From an uncultured Chloroflexia bacterium (GTDB lineage Bacteria > Chloroflexota > Limnocylindria > Limnocylindrales > CSP1-4): DNA of 64,000 bases. Each line of letters opens with the position of its first letter. Position 1 is the first letter of the stretch. A program made the position numbers and the translations under genes. The notes under the pieces were generated by a model, which saw only the letters and a program-made list of their open reading frames with translations, did no database searches and was not told the origin of the DNA. Where the stretch lies: the NCBI GenBank assembly GCA_963716025.1, contig CAVQSY010000050.1:115632-179631 (forward strand), in the 5' to 3' direction. Shown in pieces: positions 1 through 9,466 of this stretch.

Positions 1-3
1 CCC

Positions 4-1518
4 ATGCCCGCCCGCCGATCGATCCCCGGCGCCAGACCCGAGGCCCTGTTCCAGCCACCGCCCGAGCGCCAGCCGCTCGCGGCCCGGATGCGCCCGCGCA
101 CGCTCGAGGAGTTCGTGGGCCAGGGCCACCTCGTCGGCGAGCGAGGCCCGCTGCGCCGGTCCGTCTCTCGCGGCCACCTCGCCTCGATGCTCCTGTGGGG
201 TCCACCGGGCACGGGCAAGACCTCGCTGGCCCGCCTCCTCGCGGACGCCGTCGGGGCCGAGTTCCGCACCGTGTCGGCGGTCATGTCGGGGGTGGCCGAG
301 GTGCGCGCGATCGTCGCCGAGGCCCAGGAGCAGCTGGCACTCAACCGCCGCCGCTCGGTCCTGTTCATCGACGAGATCCACCGGTTCAACAAGGCGCAGC
401 AGGATGCGCTGCTGCCCCACGTCGAGGACGGCACGGTCACCCTGATCGGTGCGACGACCGAGAACCCCTACTTCGAGGTCAACGCGGCGCTCCTGTCCCG
501 GATGCGTGTCTGGCGCCTCGAGCCGCTGACCGACGGGGACGTGGCCGCGATCTGCCGACGCGCCCTGGAGGACGGGGAGCGCGGGCTGGCCGGCATGTTC
601 GGGCCGCGGGGCGGCGTGGCCATGGCCGACGAGCCGTTCGAGCACCTCGTCGAGGTCGCCGGCGGCGACGCCCGGCAGGCGCTCAACATCCTCGAGGGCG
701 CCGTCGCGCTCGCCGAGGACGAGGATGCTCACGCCGCCGACGGCCGGGTCTCCCCCACCCTCGCCCAGGTCGAGGCGGCCGCGCAGCAGCGGGTCCTCGC
801 CTACGACCGGGCCGGTGACGGCCACTACGACACCGTGTCGGCGTTCATCAAGAGCCTCCGCGGCAACGATCCCGACGCCGCCCTCTACTGGCTGGCGGCC
901 ATGATCGCGGCGGGTGAGGACCCGAAGTTCGTCGCCCGGCGGCTGATCATCAGCGCCTCCGAGGACGTGGGCAACGCGGACCCTCGCGCGCTCCAGGTCG
1001 CCGTTGCGGCCGCCCAGGCGCTCGATTACATCGGGCTGCCGGAGGCCCAGTACGCGCTGGCCCAGGCGACGACCTACCTCGCAACCGCGCCGAAGTCGAA
1101 CCGGGCCGGCGGCGCCTACTGGGCGGCCGCCGGGGATGTCGTCGAGAAGGGCTCGCTCCCTGTTCCCAACCACCTGCGGAACGCGGCCGACCGGCGGATG
1201 AAGCACCACGGGATCGGCGTCGGCTACCAGTACCCCCACGACTTCGCCGGCCACGACGTGGACCAGCAGTACCTGCCCGACGCGCTCGCGGACCGTCGCT
1301 ACTACCTCCCGTCCGACCAGGGGTACGAGCGGACCATCGGCGAGCGGATGGCCTGGCGCGCGGGCGAGCGCGAGGCCGCCAGGGAGCGCGGACGCACGCC
1401 GCGCAACCCGGTCCCGGGGCCGGTGGGCGATGGCATGGGCGCGTCCGGCAAGATCACGCGGGCCCGGGAGGAGAGCCGCCGCAAGCTGGCGGACACGCAG
1501 AAGGGCGACGCCGAGTGA
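4..1518 (+). CDS. rarA: replication-associated recombination protein A (AAA+ ATPase, RarA/MgsA)
   Basis: 504-aa ORF. Walker A GPPGTGKTS, Walker B VLFIDEIHRFNK, and an MgsA-type C-terminal helical domain (SAFIKSLRGNDPDAALYWLA, HLRNA..YQYPHD). Confidence 0.9.
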   Translation: MPARRSIPGARPEALFQPPPERQPLAARMRPRTLEEFVGQGHLVGERGPLRRSVSRGHLASMLLWGPPGTGKTSLARLLADAVGAEFRTVSAVMSGVAEVRAIVAEAQEQLALNRRRSVLFIDEIHRFNKAQQDALLPHVEDGTVTLIGATTENPYFEVNAALLSRMRVWRLEPLTDGDVAAICRRALEDGERGLAGMFGPRGGVAMADEPFEHLVEVAGGDARQALNILEGAVALAEDEDAHAADGRVSPTLAQVEAAAQQRVLAYDRAGDGHYDTVSAFIKSLRGNDPDAALYWLAAMIAAGEDPKFVARRLIISASEDVGNADPRALQVAVAAAQALDYIGLPEAQYALAQATTYLATAPKSNRAGGAYWAAAGDVVEKGSLPVPNHLRNAADRRMKHHGIGVGYQYPHDFAGHDVDQQYLPDALADRRYYLPSDQGYERTIGERMAWRAGEREAARERGRTPRNPVPGPVGDGMGASGKITRAREESRRKLADTQKGDAE

Positions 1519-1528
1519 GCCCGGTCGG

Positions 1529-2125
1529 ATGAGGCGGATCTCGGTCGTCGGCTCGAGCGCATCGGGCAAGACGACGATCGCCGGCATCGTGTCGCAGGTC
1601 CTGGGTGTGCCGCACCTCGAGCTGGACTCGGTCTTCCACCGGCCTGGCTGGCAGCCACTGGACGATGCCTCGTTCCGGACGTCCGTCGCGGCCTTCGCGC
1701 AGCACGATGCCTGGGTGATCGATGGGAACTACGTGAGCCACGGCGTCGCCCAGGTCGTGTGGCCGCGAGCCGACACCCTGGTCTGGCTCGATCCGCCGCG
1801 GACGACCGTCCTTCGCCGAGTCCTGGGACGGACGCTCCGGCGCGTCGTCACCCGCGAGGAGCTGTGGAACGGCAACCGCGAGTCGTGGCGCGGCATGTTC
1901 AGCCGCGTGCCCGAGGACAACGTCATCCTGTGGGCCTGGACCCGTCACGCCCCCACCCGCGAGCGCTACGAGGTGATGCTCCGAGACGGCACCTGGCAGC
2001 ACCTCAGCGTGAGGCGGCTACGGACGCCGGCAGACGTCCGAACCTTCATCGACGAGGTGCACGCAGATGCCTCCCGCCTCGGCGCAACGGCAGCACGGCA
2101 GCGGTCCGCACCGGGCGACCGCTGA
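1529..2125 (+). CDS. P-loop NTPase, adenylate-kinase-like / topology-modulation-protein-like
   Basis: Internal ATG of ORF 1430..2125 (MRRISVVGSSASGKTT). P-loop at the N-terminus, about 198 aa. Begins 11 nt after the rarA stop. Confidence 0.65.
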   Translation: MRRISVVGSSASGKTTIAGIVSQVLGVPHLELDSVFHRPGWQPLDDASFRTSVAAFAQHDAWVIDGNYVSHGVAQVVWPRADTLVWLDPPRTTVLRRVLGRTLRRVVTREELWNGNRESWRGMFSRVPEDNVILWAWTRHAPTRERYEVMLRDGTWQHLSVRRLRTPADVRTFIDEVHADASRLGATAARQRSAPGDR

Positions 2126-2236
2126 CGGAGAGCCTCGGCACCGGCGCGCCCCAGCCGGTACCGTCCCACCGGCGGCGTGCATCGCGTCACAGGGGGAGCG
2201 GGCCGTGCCGGCGTCCGCCGAGGAGGGTCGAGGCCG

Positions 2237-3610
2237 ATGGGATGGCTCCGGGTGAGAGTGGACGCCGGTCGAGGCATCCTCGCGCGCTTCCTGCCGCAGG
2301 GCGCCATCCTGCTCTCGGTCCTCACCTTCGCCGCCTATGCCGCGGGCCTCGTGCGCGACCGCCTGTTCGCGCGGACCTATGGCGCCGGGATCGAGCTCGA
2401 CGCCTACAACGCGGCGTTCGTGCTGCCGGAGCTCGCGCTCGACGTGCTGGTCGCGGCCGGGCTGACGGCCCCATTCGTGCCGGTGTTCGCCACGCTGCGG
2501 GGCGAGGACCCGGACGCCTCGACGCGCTTCGCGCAGACGGTGCTCACGCTCGCCGTCCTCGTCATGGGGTCCGCCAGCGTCGTCCTGTTCATCGTGGCGC
2601 CGGCAACGGTCGACATCATCGCGCCGGGCTTCGACGACGCGGGCAGGGCCCTGTACACCGAGCTCTTCCGGCTGATGCTCCTCACCCCGATCCTGTTCGC
2701 CGCCTCGATCACGCTGGGCGAGGTGCTGGTCGCGGAGCGCCGGTTCCTGTTCTATGCGCTCGCGCCCATCCTCTACAACGTGGGGATCGCGGCCGGTACC
2801 GTGCTCCTCCACGACGCCATGGGGATCCGCGCGGCAGCCGTCGGGGCGGTGGCGGGAGCGGCCCTCCACCTCGGGATCCGCGTCGTCGGGATGCTGCGCA
2901 GCAGCGTCCCACTGCGTCCCCGGCTGGACCTGCGGCTGCCGGCCCTTCGCGAGTTCGTCCGACTGATGATCCCCAAGATGGCCAGCCACCCCATCGAGCC
3001 GCTGACGTTCCTGTTCTTCACCTCGGTGGCGTCGACCCTCGCGGCGGGCAGCGTGACCGCGATCAGCTTCGCGCGCAACTTCCAGAGCGTGCCCGTCTCG
3101 CTGATCGGCGTGGCGATCGCGCTGGCCGCGTTCCCCGGGCTCGCGCAGGCGTGGGCGGCCGGCGACCGGAGCACCTTTGCCCGGGACCTGCGGCGCAACG
3201 CCGTGACGATCGGCACGCTCACCCTGCTCGCGGCCGTGGGCCTGGTCGTGGTGGGTCCGCTCGCGATCGAGCTGCTGCTGGGCGGCGGCCGGTTCGACGC
3301 CGAGGACGTCGCCCTCACCGCGACCGTGCTGGCCGCCTTCGCCATCGCCGTCCCGTTCGACGCCCTCGGCCACCTCGTCGCTCGCGGCCTGTACGCGACG
3401 CACAACACGCTGCTCGCGGTGGGTTCGGCCTTCGCCGGGTTCGCGACGACGATCGCGGTCACGCTCGTCCTGGTCGACGCGATCGGCATCGTGGCCGTGC
3501 CGCTGGGGTTCGCGGCCGGGATGGCGGTCAAGCTCGTGCTGATGACGATCGCCCTGACCTGGCGCATCCGCCGTGCCCGGACGCCGCACGAGGTTGCGGC
3601 CGCAGCCTGA
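2237..3610 (+). CDS. murJ: lipid II flippase MurJ (MviN family)
   Basis: Polytopic membrane ORF. The N-terminus (LSVLTFAAYAAGLVRDRLFARTYGAG..LDAYNAAFVLPE) is typical of MurJ. ATG at 2237 is preceded by AGGAGGG at 2221-2227. The track ORF starts at 2177. Confidence 0.85.
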   Translation: MGWLRVRVDAGRGILARFLPQGAILLSVLTFAAYAAGLVRDRLFARTYGAGIELDAYNAAFVLPELALDVLVAAGLTAPFVPVFATLRGEDPDASTRFAQTVLTLAVLVMGSASVVLFIVAPATVDIIAPGFDDAGRALYTELFRLMLLTPILFAASITLGEVLVAERRFLFYALAPILYNVGIAAGTVLLHDAMGIRAAAVGAVAGAALHLGIRVVGMLRSSVPLRPRLDLRLPALREFVRLMIPKMASHPIEPLTFLFFTSVASTLAAGSVTAISFARNFQSVPVSLIGVAIALAAFPGLAQAWAAGDRSTFARDLRRNAVTIGTLTLLAAVGLVVVGPLAIELLLGGGRFDAEDVALTATVLAAFAIAVPFDALGHLVARGLYATHNTLLAVGSAFAGFATTIAVTLVLVDAIGIVAVPLGFAAGMAVKLVLMTIALTWRIRRARTPHEVAAAA

Positions 3611-3619
3611 CCCGCATCG

Positions 3620-4530
3620 CTATGGGGCGAGCAGCAGCGTGGGCACGACCGCGATGTATCGCCCGTCGCGTCCGGGGTAGCTGCCCTCGGGCCGCTGCCC
3701 AGGGCAGGTAGTTGCGGCGCATCTCGGCCGTGTCCTCGAGGTTGCCCGGCGGGTCGGACTGGCCCCAGATCGAGGAATCGCCCGGGTACCACGGGTCCTG
3801 GATGTAGACACCCGAGATCCGCGCGTCGTCGAAGATGGCCGGGTCGGCGTCGGCGCGGAACCCGGTCATGACCCACGTGTGGGCGCCTCGCCAGGTCAGG
3901 AGGATCACTGGTGCGCCGGTGGCCTCGATCGCGCGCGCGGCGTCGGAGAGCGCGTCCTGGCGGGTCTCGTAGGCGCGGACCTCGTAGCCCGGGAACGCCG
4001 TTGGCCTCGAGCGCGGCGGCCATCGCCGCCGGGCCCCAGCCGCCGTTGCGGCTGTCGCGCCGGCTCTCCCACTCGTCGATCCCGCCGGCGAGCTCGCGCT
4101 GGTAGGCCTTGGTGAGGGGGGCCTTGCCGTGGATCGCGAGGACCATCTGGGTGCCGGCCACCGCGCACCAGTCGTGGTCGTCCTGGTGGATGAAGTCCGC
4201 CGCGGGATCATCGAGGATCTGGAGATCGATCCGCACGCGCTCTGGCGTGGGCGTTGGCTCGGGGGTGGGCGGCGCCGTTTCGCCGGGCGCGAGGGACACG
4301 GATGGGGCCGGCGTTGCCGACGGGCGGGGCGTGATCACGACATCCGGCTCGATCGGGCGATCAGGCGGAGGGTCGACGATCAGCGACACCTTGTCGACGA
4401 GGTTGTCAAAGCGGGTCCCGACCTCGAACAGGTTGAGCCACACGGCGCCCGTGCCGAGGATGCCGAGCGCGAGCACGGCGAGCGCGATGGCACCCCAGGG
4501 GATGCGGCGGCCACGGCGATGGGCATGCAT
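3620..4530 (-). pseudogene. membrane-anchored papain-fold (C39-like) cysteine peptidase domain protein, frame interrupted twice
   Basis: N-terminal TM helix, Pro/Thr-rich linker, then HDWCAVAGTQMVL (Cys) and GAHTWVMTGF (His). The protein continues across three frames: 4530->~3990, ~3990->~3700, ~3700->3620. The junction GVPG|YEVRAYE lies at CCCGGG 3988-3993. The last frame ends 10 nt after the murJ stop. Confidence 0.45.
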
Positions 4531-4615
4531 GGACGGGCGTCAGCTCCGGATGGTCAGGCACGAGGGACGCATGGACCTGTCCACGTGCGACGCCCATCGC
4601 TACGGGCCGTCAGGG

Positions 4616-4924
4616 TCACGCCCTGGGCTTGCGTCCCCGGCCGCCCGGCAGCCGGCCCGCCGAGATGTAGATCGTCCGTCCCCGCACCGCCATCGACGTG
4701 CCCGGGCGGTGCTCGGCGATTGCCTTCTTCACGGCCGCGCGCATCGTGGGGATCTTCTCAGCGGGGTCGAGCTCGATGGCCAGGATGTCCTCGTCGGCCC
4801 TGAGCTTGCCGAGCGCCTTTCGCAGTTCCTCCTGGCGCTGGAGCGCGGCGAGCTGGCGGGGCGACAGCGCCCGCTCCCGCGGCTTGGGCGTGAGCTCTTC
4901 GATCTTTGCGCTGCGGATTCGCAT
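4616..4924 (-). CDS. hypothetical protein (102 aa, basic C-terminus)
   Basis: Internal ATG (MRIRSAKIEEL...) of ORF 4616..5038. No recognisable motif. Coding call rests only on ORF length and non-shadow amino-acid composition. Confidence 0.4.
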   Translation of the reverse strand: MRIRSAKIEELTPKPRERALSPRQLAALQRQEELRKALGKLRADEDILAIELDPAEKIPTMRAAVKKAIAEHRPGTSMAVRGRTIYISAGRLPGGRGRKPRA

Positions 4925-5221
4925 TCCTGCTGACACTCCATGGGCTCGATTCGATGCCGACACCCGGGGATCATGACACGATTCCGGCTCGGTACGACAT
5001 GACGATGCCACGGAGTCGTGCGCTTGCGCCGAATTCATCTGCCTGATTCACTTGGGCCGTCCGCAGTACCCCCCGCGGGGTTGTGCAGGACCTCTGGCGA
5101 CAGCACGCGAGCGAGAGATCTGCCTCAATAGATGCATAGATGGGGTACCCACACACCGCGAGGCGATCTATGCTTCGCGTCAAGCCGGCGCAGGGTGTGC
5201 CGGAGAGGGAGGTTCACGCGC

Positions 5222-5887
5222 ATGACCGAACCCACCGGGGACGCACCGAGTCCGCAGACCCCGAAGCCCCCTGAGCCGGCGCCCGCGCCGCCGCCGGCCG
5301 GCGGCAACTGGAACTCGCCGCCGCCCACGGGCCAGATGCCCGGTGGCTTCAACCCGAACATGCAGCAGGCCGCCGTCGAGGCCGGCCCCGCACCCGGCGT
5401 CGTCTACGCCGACATCGTGACCAGGATCATCGCCCTGATCATCGACTCGGTGATCCTCTGGATCCCGTACGTGATCCTCGCAGCGTCCTCCTTGGCGCGT
5501 TCCTCCTGAGCGGCGGCGCCATGCTCACCGTCATCGGGCTGATCGTCGGCGCAGCGTACGCAGCCTTGGCGGCGCGTCTACTTCGTGTGGACCTGGACGA
5601 CGCAGCGTGCGTCCTACGGCCAGAAGTTCCTCAAGCTCGAGACCGTCAACGCGGCCGATGGGGCCACGCTGACCCGCGACCAGGCGATCAAGCGGTTGGT
5701 GTTCCTCTACGCCGGGAACCTGATCGCGATCGTGGGGCAGAACGTGTTCGGCCTCGGCCTCGGATCCCTGCTTGGCCTGCTTGGGCTCGGATACGTGCTC
5801 TATCTCCTGTACACGACCTCGCAGAGCCCGAAGCGCCAGGGCTTCCACGACGCCCAGGCCGGAACCGTCGTCGTCAAGCATCTGTAG
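5222..5887 (+). pseudogene. RDD family membrane protein, interrupted by two compensating frame shifts
   Basis: GGAGAGGGAGG precedes ATG 5222. Pro-rich N-terminus, then an RDD-type core (YADIVTRIIALIIDSVILWIPYVILAA | VLLGAFLLSGGAMLTVIGLIVGAAYAALA | VYFVWTWTTQRASYGQKFLKLE ... GFHDAQAGTVVV). The middle about 90 nt reads in another frame, with junctions at ~5483 and ~5572. Confidence 0.6.
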
Positions 5888-5950
5888 GCGCGAACACCTC
5901 GCCCACCGCCCTTCCAACGGGGCCGGCATCGCCGGCCCCGTTTCGATTCC

Positions 5951-6364
5951 CTACGGCTCGAAGTCGAGCGCACGGACGTGGCGCGGCCGGAACACGGCCA
6001 GCGGGCGCCGGTCGAACGCCACCACCCGGCGGATGCCCAGCCGCTCCGCCGTGGCCACCAGGAGCGCGTCGGCAAGCCGGGGCCGGTGCTCGGCCGCCTC
6101 GCGCATGAGCACCACGGCGCGAGCAAGATCCTCGGTGGTAGGGGGCACCAGCCGGATCGCGTCGCTGACCACGGCCTGGAGCACCGCCTCGGTCGCGGCG
6201 GTGCCGAGGTCGCGCTGGAGCAGCAGGTCGAGCTCGGCCAGCCCGAGCGCCCCGAGCAGCAGCGGCTCGTCGGCACCGGCGAACCATGCGACAGCCGCCC
6301 GGTGGTTGAGGTCGGCGACGTCGGCGGCGGCCACGATCGCGGACGGGTCGAGCAGGATCGCCAA
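5951..6364 (-). CDS. vapC: type II toxin, PIN-domain ribonuclease VapC
   Basis: LAILLDPSAIV...LAELD...ADALLVATAERLG matches PIN acidic-residue spacing. About 137 aa. Likely TTG start at 6364, directly abutting the antitoxin stop (TAG 6366-6368). Confidence 0.75.
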   Translation of the reverse strand: MAILLDPSAIVAAADVADLNHRAAVAWFAGADEPLLLGALGLAELDLLLQRDLGTAATEAVLQAVVSDAIRLVPPTTEDLARAVVLMREAAEHRPRLADALLVATAERLGIRRVVAFDRRPLAVFRPRHVRALDFEP

Positions 6365-6365
6365 C

Positions 6366-6614
6366 CTAGCGGTCCCCCGGCCGCCGGCCGGCTTCGCGCC
6401 GGGCGATCGAACGGCCGTCCAGCGACAGCCGGCCATGACTCGATCGGCCGATTCCCACGAACGGGAACGCCGGGACGGTCTCGTGCTCGTCGAGCCAGGC
6501 CTCGACCGCCGAGGTGATGACCGCGGTCTTGGTCGAGCGCTCGCGGCGCACGTGCCGGTCGAGACGCTCGAGCAGGTCGGCATCGAGCAGGATCGTCGTT
6601 CGGTGGGTGGGCAT
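6366..6614 (-). CDS. vapB: type II antitoxin, ribbon-helix-helix (CopG/VapB-like)
   Basis: 82-aa ORF. N-terminus TTILLDADLLERLDRHVRRERSTKTAVITSAVEAWL is a typical RHH. Sits immediately upstream of the PIN gene. Confidence 0.7.
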   Translation of the reverse strand: MPTHRTTILLDADLLERLDRHVRRERSTKTAVITSAVEAWLDEHETVPAFPFVGIGRSSHGRLSLDGRSIARREAGRRPGDR

Positions 6615-6722
6615 ATGACGACATATATAGCAGGCTGGACGCCACGGCGTCGTGTCGGGCAGGATCCCCCCTCACCTGCCAGACCGGATCAACGTCCCTG
6701 CCCCACCCCGGAGACCCCGACC

Positions 6723-7886
6723 GTGACCCGCTTCGAGCCCAACCTGCGCATCCCCGGCCCGACCGCCATCCCGCCCAGCGTCCGCGAGGCGGGCGGGCGG
6801 CAGATGGTCAATCACCGGGGCGATGAGTTCAAGGCGCTGGCCAAGCGTGTCGAGACGGCGATGAAGCCCTACTTCGGCACCGAGCACGACGTCATCCTGC
6901 TCACCTGTGCGGGGACCGGCGGGCTCGAGGCCGCGGTGGTCAACGTCCTCTCCCCCGGCGACCCGATCCTCGCCGTGACGATGGGCTCGTTCGGCGACCG
7001 GTTCGCGAAGATCGCGGAGGTCTACGGGGCCGCGGTGACGCGTCTCGAGATCGAGTGGGGTGAGGCCCCCACGGCGGCCGCCGTGCGCGAGGCTGCCACG
7101 GCCATCCCGGGGCTCAAGGCGGTCCTGCTGACGCACAACGAGACGTCCACCGGGGTGACGAGCGATATCCGGGCCCTTGCCGCCGCCGTCCACGAGGTTG
7201 CGCCGGATGCCCTGCTCCTGGTCGACGCGATCTCGGCGCTGGGGGCCGTGCCCTTCGCGATGGATGCCTGGGGCCTCGACCTCGTGGTGACCGGCTCGCA
7301 GAAGGCGTGGATGTCCGCCCCGGGAATGGCGTTCGCGGCGGTGGGCCCTCGAGCCTGGGCGGCAGCCGAGACCGCCCGGATGCCGCGCTTCTACCTCGAC
7401 CTCCGGCGCCACCGTGAGACGCAGGTCAACGGCGAGAGCCCATGGACGCCGGCCGTCGCCGTCATGTACCAGGTGGATGAGGGACTTCGGCTGATGCAGG
7501 CCGAGGGCGACGGGGTGTTCGCCCGCCACGCCGCGGCGGCCGCGATGGCCCGGGCCGGCCTCCGGGCCATCGGGTTCCGGCTGCTTGCGGAGGACGCCGT
7601 GGCCAGCAGGACCGTTACGGCCGCATGGATTCCCGACGCGCTTGACTGGAAGGCGTTCAACGCGGGACTCAAGCGCCGTGGCCTTGTCCTTGCCGGCGGC
7701 CAGGGAACGCTCAAGGGCCGGATCTTCCGTCTCGGGCACCTGGGCTCGGTGACCACCGACGACATCCTCGCGGCGATCGGCGTCCTGGAGGCGACCGCCA
7801 TCGAGCGCGGCATGGACATCCGGCCCGGCGCCGGCGTCACGGCCGCCCAGCAGGCGCTGCTCACCGTGGAGGCCAGCGGACGATGA
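6723..7886 (+). CDS. class V pyridoxal-phosphate aminotransferase (serine-glyoxylate / phosphoserine aminotransferase-like)
   Basis: C-terminal part of ORF 5772..7886. GTG 6723 (VTRFEPNLRIPGPT). PLP lysine motif TGSQKAWMSAPG. ATGA overlap with serA. Confidence 0.85.
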   Translation: MTRFEPNLRIPGPTAIPPSVREAGGRQMVNHRGDEFKALAKRVETAMKPYFGTEHDVILLTCAGTGGLEAAVVNVLSPGDPILAVTMGSFGDRFAKIAEVYGAAVTRLEIEWGEAPTAAAVREAATAIPGLKAVLLTHNETSTGVTSDIRALAAAVHEVAPDALLLVDAISALGAVPFAMDAWGLDLVVTGSQKAWMSAPGMAFAAVGPRAWAAAETARMPRFYLDLRRHRETQVNGESPWTPAVAVMYQVDEGLRLMQAEGDGVFARHAAAAAMARAGLRAIGFRLLAEDAVASRTVTAAWIPDALDWKAFNAGLKRRGLVLAGGQGTLKGRIFRLGHLGSVTTDDILAAIGVLEATAIERGMDIRPGAGVTAAQQALLTVEASGR

Positions 7887-9466
7887 GGATCCTGGTCGTC
7901 GAGCCGCTTGCCGCCGAGGGGCTCGAGCTGCTCCGTCGTCACCACGACGTCGACGAGCGGCTCGGCCTGCCACGCGAGGAGATCGCGGCCGTCCTGCCCG
8001 AGTACGACGCCCTCGTCGTGCGCAGCCAGGTCAAGGTCGATGCCGCGCTGATCGCCGCCGGAACCCGGCTGGTCGTGATCGGCCGTGCGGGCGTCGGCGT
8101 GGACAATGTCGACCTCGAGGCGGCCACCCGGGCGGGCATCGTGGTCGTCAACGCCCCCACCGGCAACACCATTGCCGCCGCCGAGCTCACCCTCGCACTC
8201 CTGCTCGGACTGGCCCGCCGGACCGCGGCCGCCGATGCGTCCATCCGGCGCGGCGAGTGGAAGCGCAGCCAGTTCACGGGCATCGAGGTTCGCGGCAAGA
8301 CGCTGGGCATCGTCGGGCTGGGCAAGATCGGCCAGGCGATCGCGGTCCGCGCCCGGGCGATGCAGATGACGGTCCTGGGATCGGACCCGTTCGTGACGCC
8401 GGAGCAGGCGGCCACGCTGGGCGTGGAGCTCGTGGAGTTCGATGCCCTCATCACCCGGGCCGATGCGGTCACCGTCCACGTGCCCAAGAACAAGAGCACG
8501 GCCGGGCTGATCAACGCCGCGGTCATCGAGCGGATGAAGGATGGTGTGCTGCTGCTCAACGTCGCCCGCGGCGGGATCATCGACGAGGACGACCTCGCGG
8601 CCGCGCTCCACAGCGGCAAGGTGGGCGGGGCGGGGATCGACGTGTTCACCGCGGAGCCCCCGACCGGGTCCCCGCTGCTCGACGCCCCGAACACCCTCCT
8701 GACCCCGCACCTCGGTGCGTCCACGGCCGAGGCCCAGGTCGCGGTCGCGGAGGAGGTCGCGGAGCAGATCCTCGACGTCCTCGACAGCCGTCCGGCGCGC
8801 TATGCCGTCAACGCCCCGTTGCTGACGCCGGAGACCGCCCAGGTCATCGCCCCCTACCTGCCGCTCGCGGAGACGCTCGGGCGCGTCGCGGCGCAGCTGG
8901 CCCGGCGAGCTCCCTCGACCCTCACCCTCGAGATCGCCGGAGAGCCCGCGGCGTTCGATTCGTCGTCCCTCGTCGCGGCGGTGCTGCGTGGGCTGCTCGA
9001 ACAGGACACCGAGGAACGGGTCAACCTGGTCAACGCCGGCATGCTCGCAAAGGCCAGGGGCATCACGGTCGTCGAGCGCAAGACGCCCAACGCCGGGAGC
9101 TTCTCGTCGCTGCTCACCCTGACCGCCGAGGCCGAGGACCGGACCGTGACCCTGGCCGGCACGGTCGCCCACGGCGAGCCACGACTGGTCCGCCTCCAGG
9201 AGCACGCGATGGATCTTGCGCCGACCGGCGTCATGCTCATCTCGCACCACCGGGACCGCCCGGGGACCGTGGGCCGGGTGGGCGAGCTCCTCGGGGCCGC
9301 GGACGTGAACATCAGCTCGATGACCCTGGCGCGCTCCGCCCCCAGGGCCGATGCCTACATGGTCCTTGCGCTCGACGACGACGTGCCCGACCGCTTGATG
9401 GACGCGCTGCGGGCGGACGAGGCGATCATCGACTGCTGGGTCGTCCGGCTGGGACCACGGGGATGA
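7883..9466 (+). CDS. serA: D-3-phosphoglycerate dehydrogenase with C-terminal ACT domain
   Basis: 527 aa. NAD fold GIVGLGKIGQAIA, catalytic region LTPHLGAST, and a long C-terminal regulatory/ACT extension. Confidence 0.92.
   Translation: MRILVVEPLAAEGLELLRRHHDVDERLGLPREEIAAVLPEYDALVVRSQVKVDAALIAAGTRLVVIGRAGVGVDNVDLEAATRAGIVVVNAPTGNTIAAAELTLALLLGLARRTAAADASIRRGEWKRSQFTGIEVRGKTLGIVGLGKIGQAIAVRARAMQMTVLGSDPFVTPEQAATLGVELVEFDALITRADAVTVHVPKNKSTAGLINAAVIERMKDGVLLLNVARGGIIDEDDLAAALHSGKVGGAGIDVFTAEPPTGSPLLDAPNTLLTPHLGASTAEAQVAVAEEVAEQILDVLDSRPARYAVNAPLLTPETAQVIAPYLPLAETLGRVAAQLARRAPSTLTLEIAGEPAAFDSSSLVAAVLRGLLEQDTEERVNLVNAGMLAKARGITVVERKTPNAGSFSSLLTLTAEAEDRTVTLAGTVAHGEPRLVRLQEHAMDLAPTGVMLISHHRDRPGTVGRVGELLGAADVNISSMTLARSAPRADAYMVLALDDDVPDRLMDALRADEAIIDCWVVRLGPRG

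Noticed and set aside
1759-3711. 650-aa plus-strand ORF and 523-aa minus-strand ORF (2018..3589) overlapping murJ
   Set aside because: The Arg/Pro/Gly/Ala-rich composition is typical of off-frame and antisense shadow ORFs in high-GC DNA. The murJ frame explains the region with recognisable motifs.
5772-6722. Long N-terminal extension of the aminotransferase ORF (track start 5772)
   Set aside because: The extension runs antisense through the vapBC pair with shadow-type composition. Aminotransferase homology begins only at about 6723.
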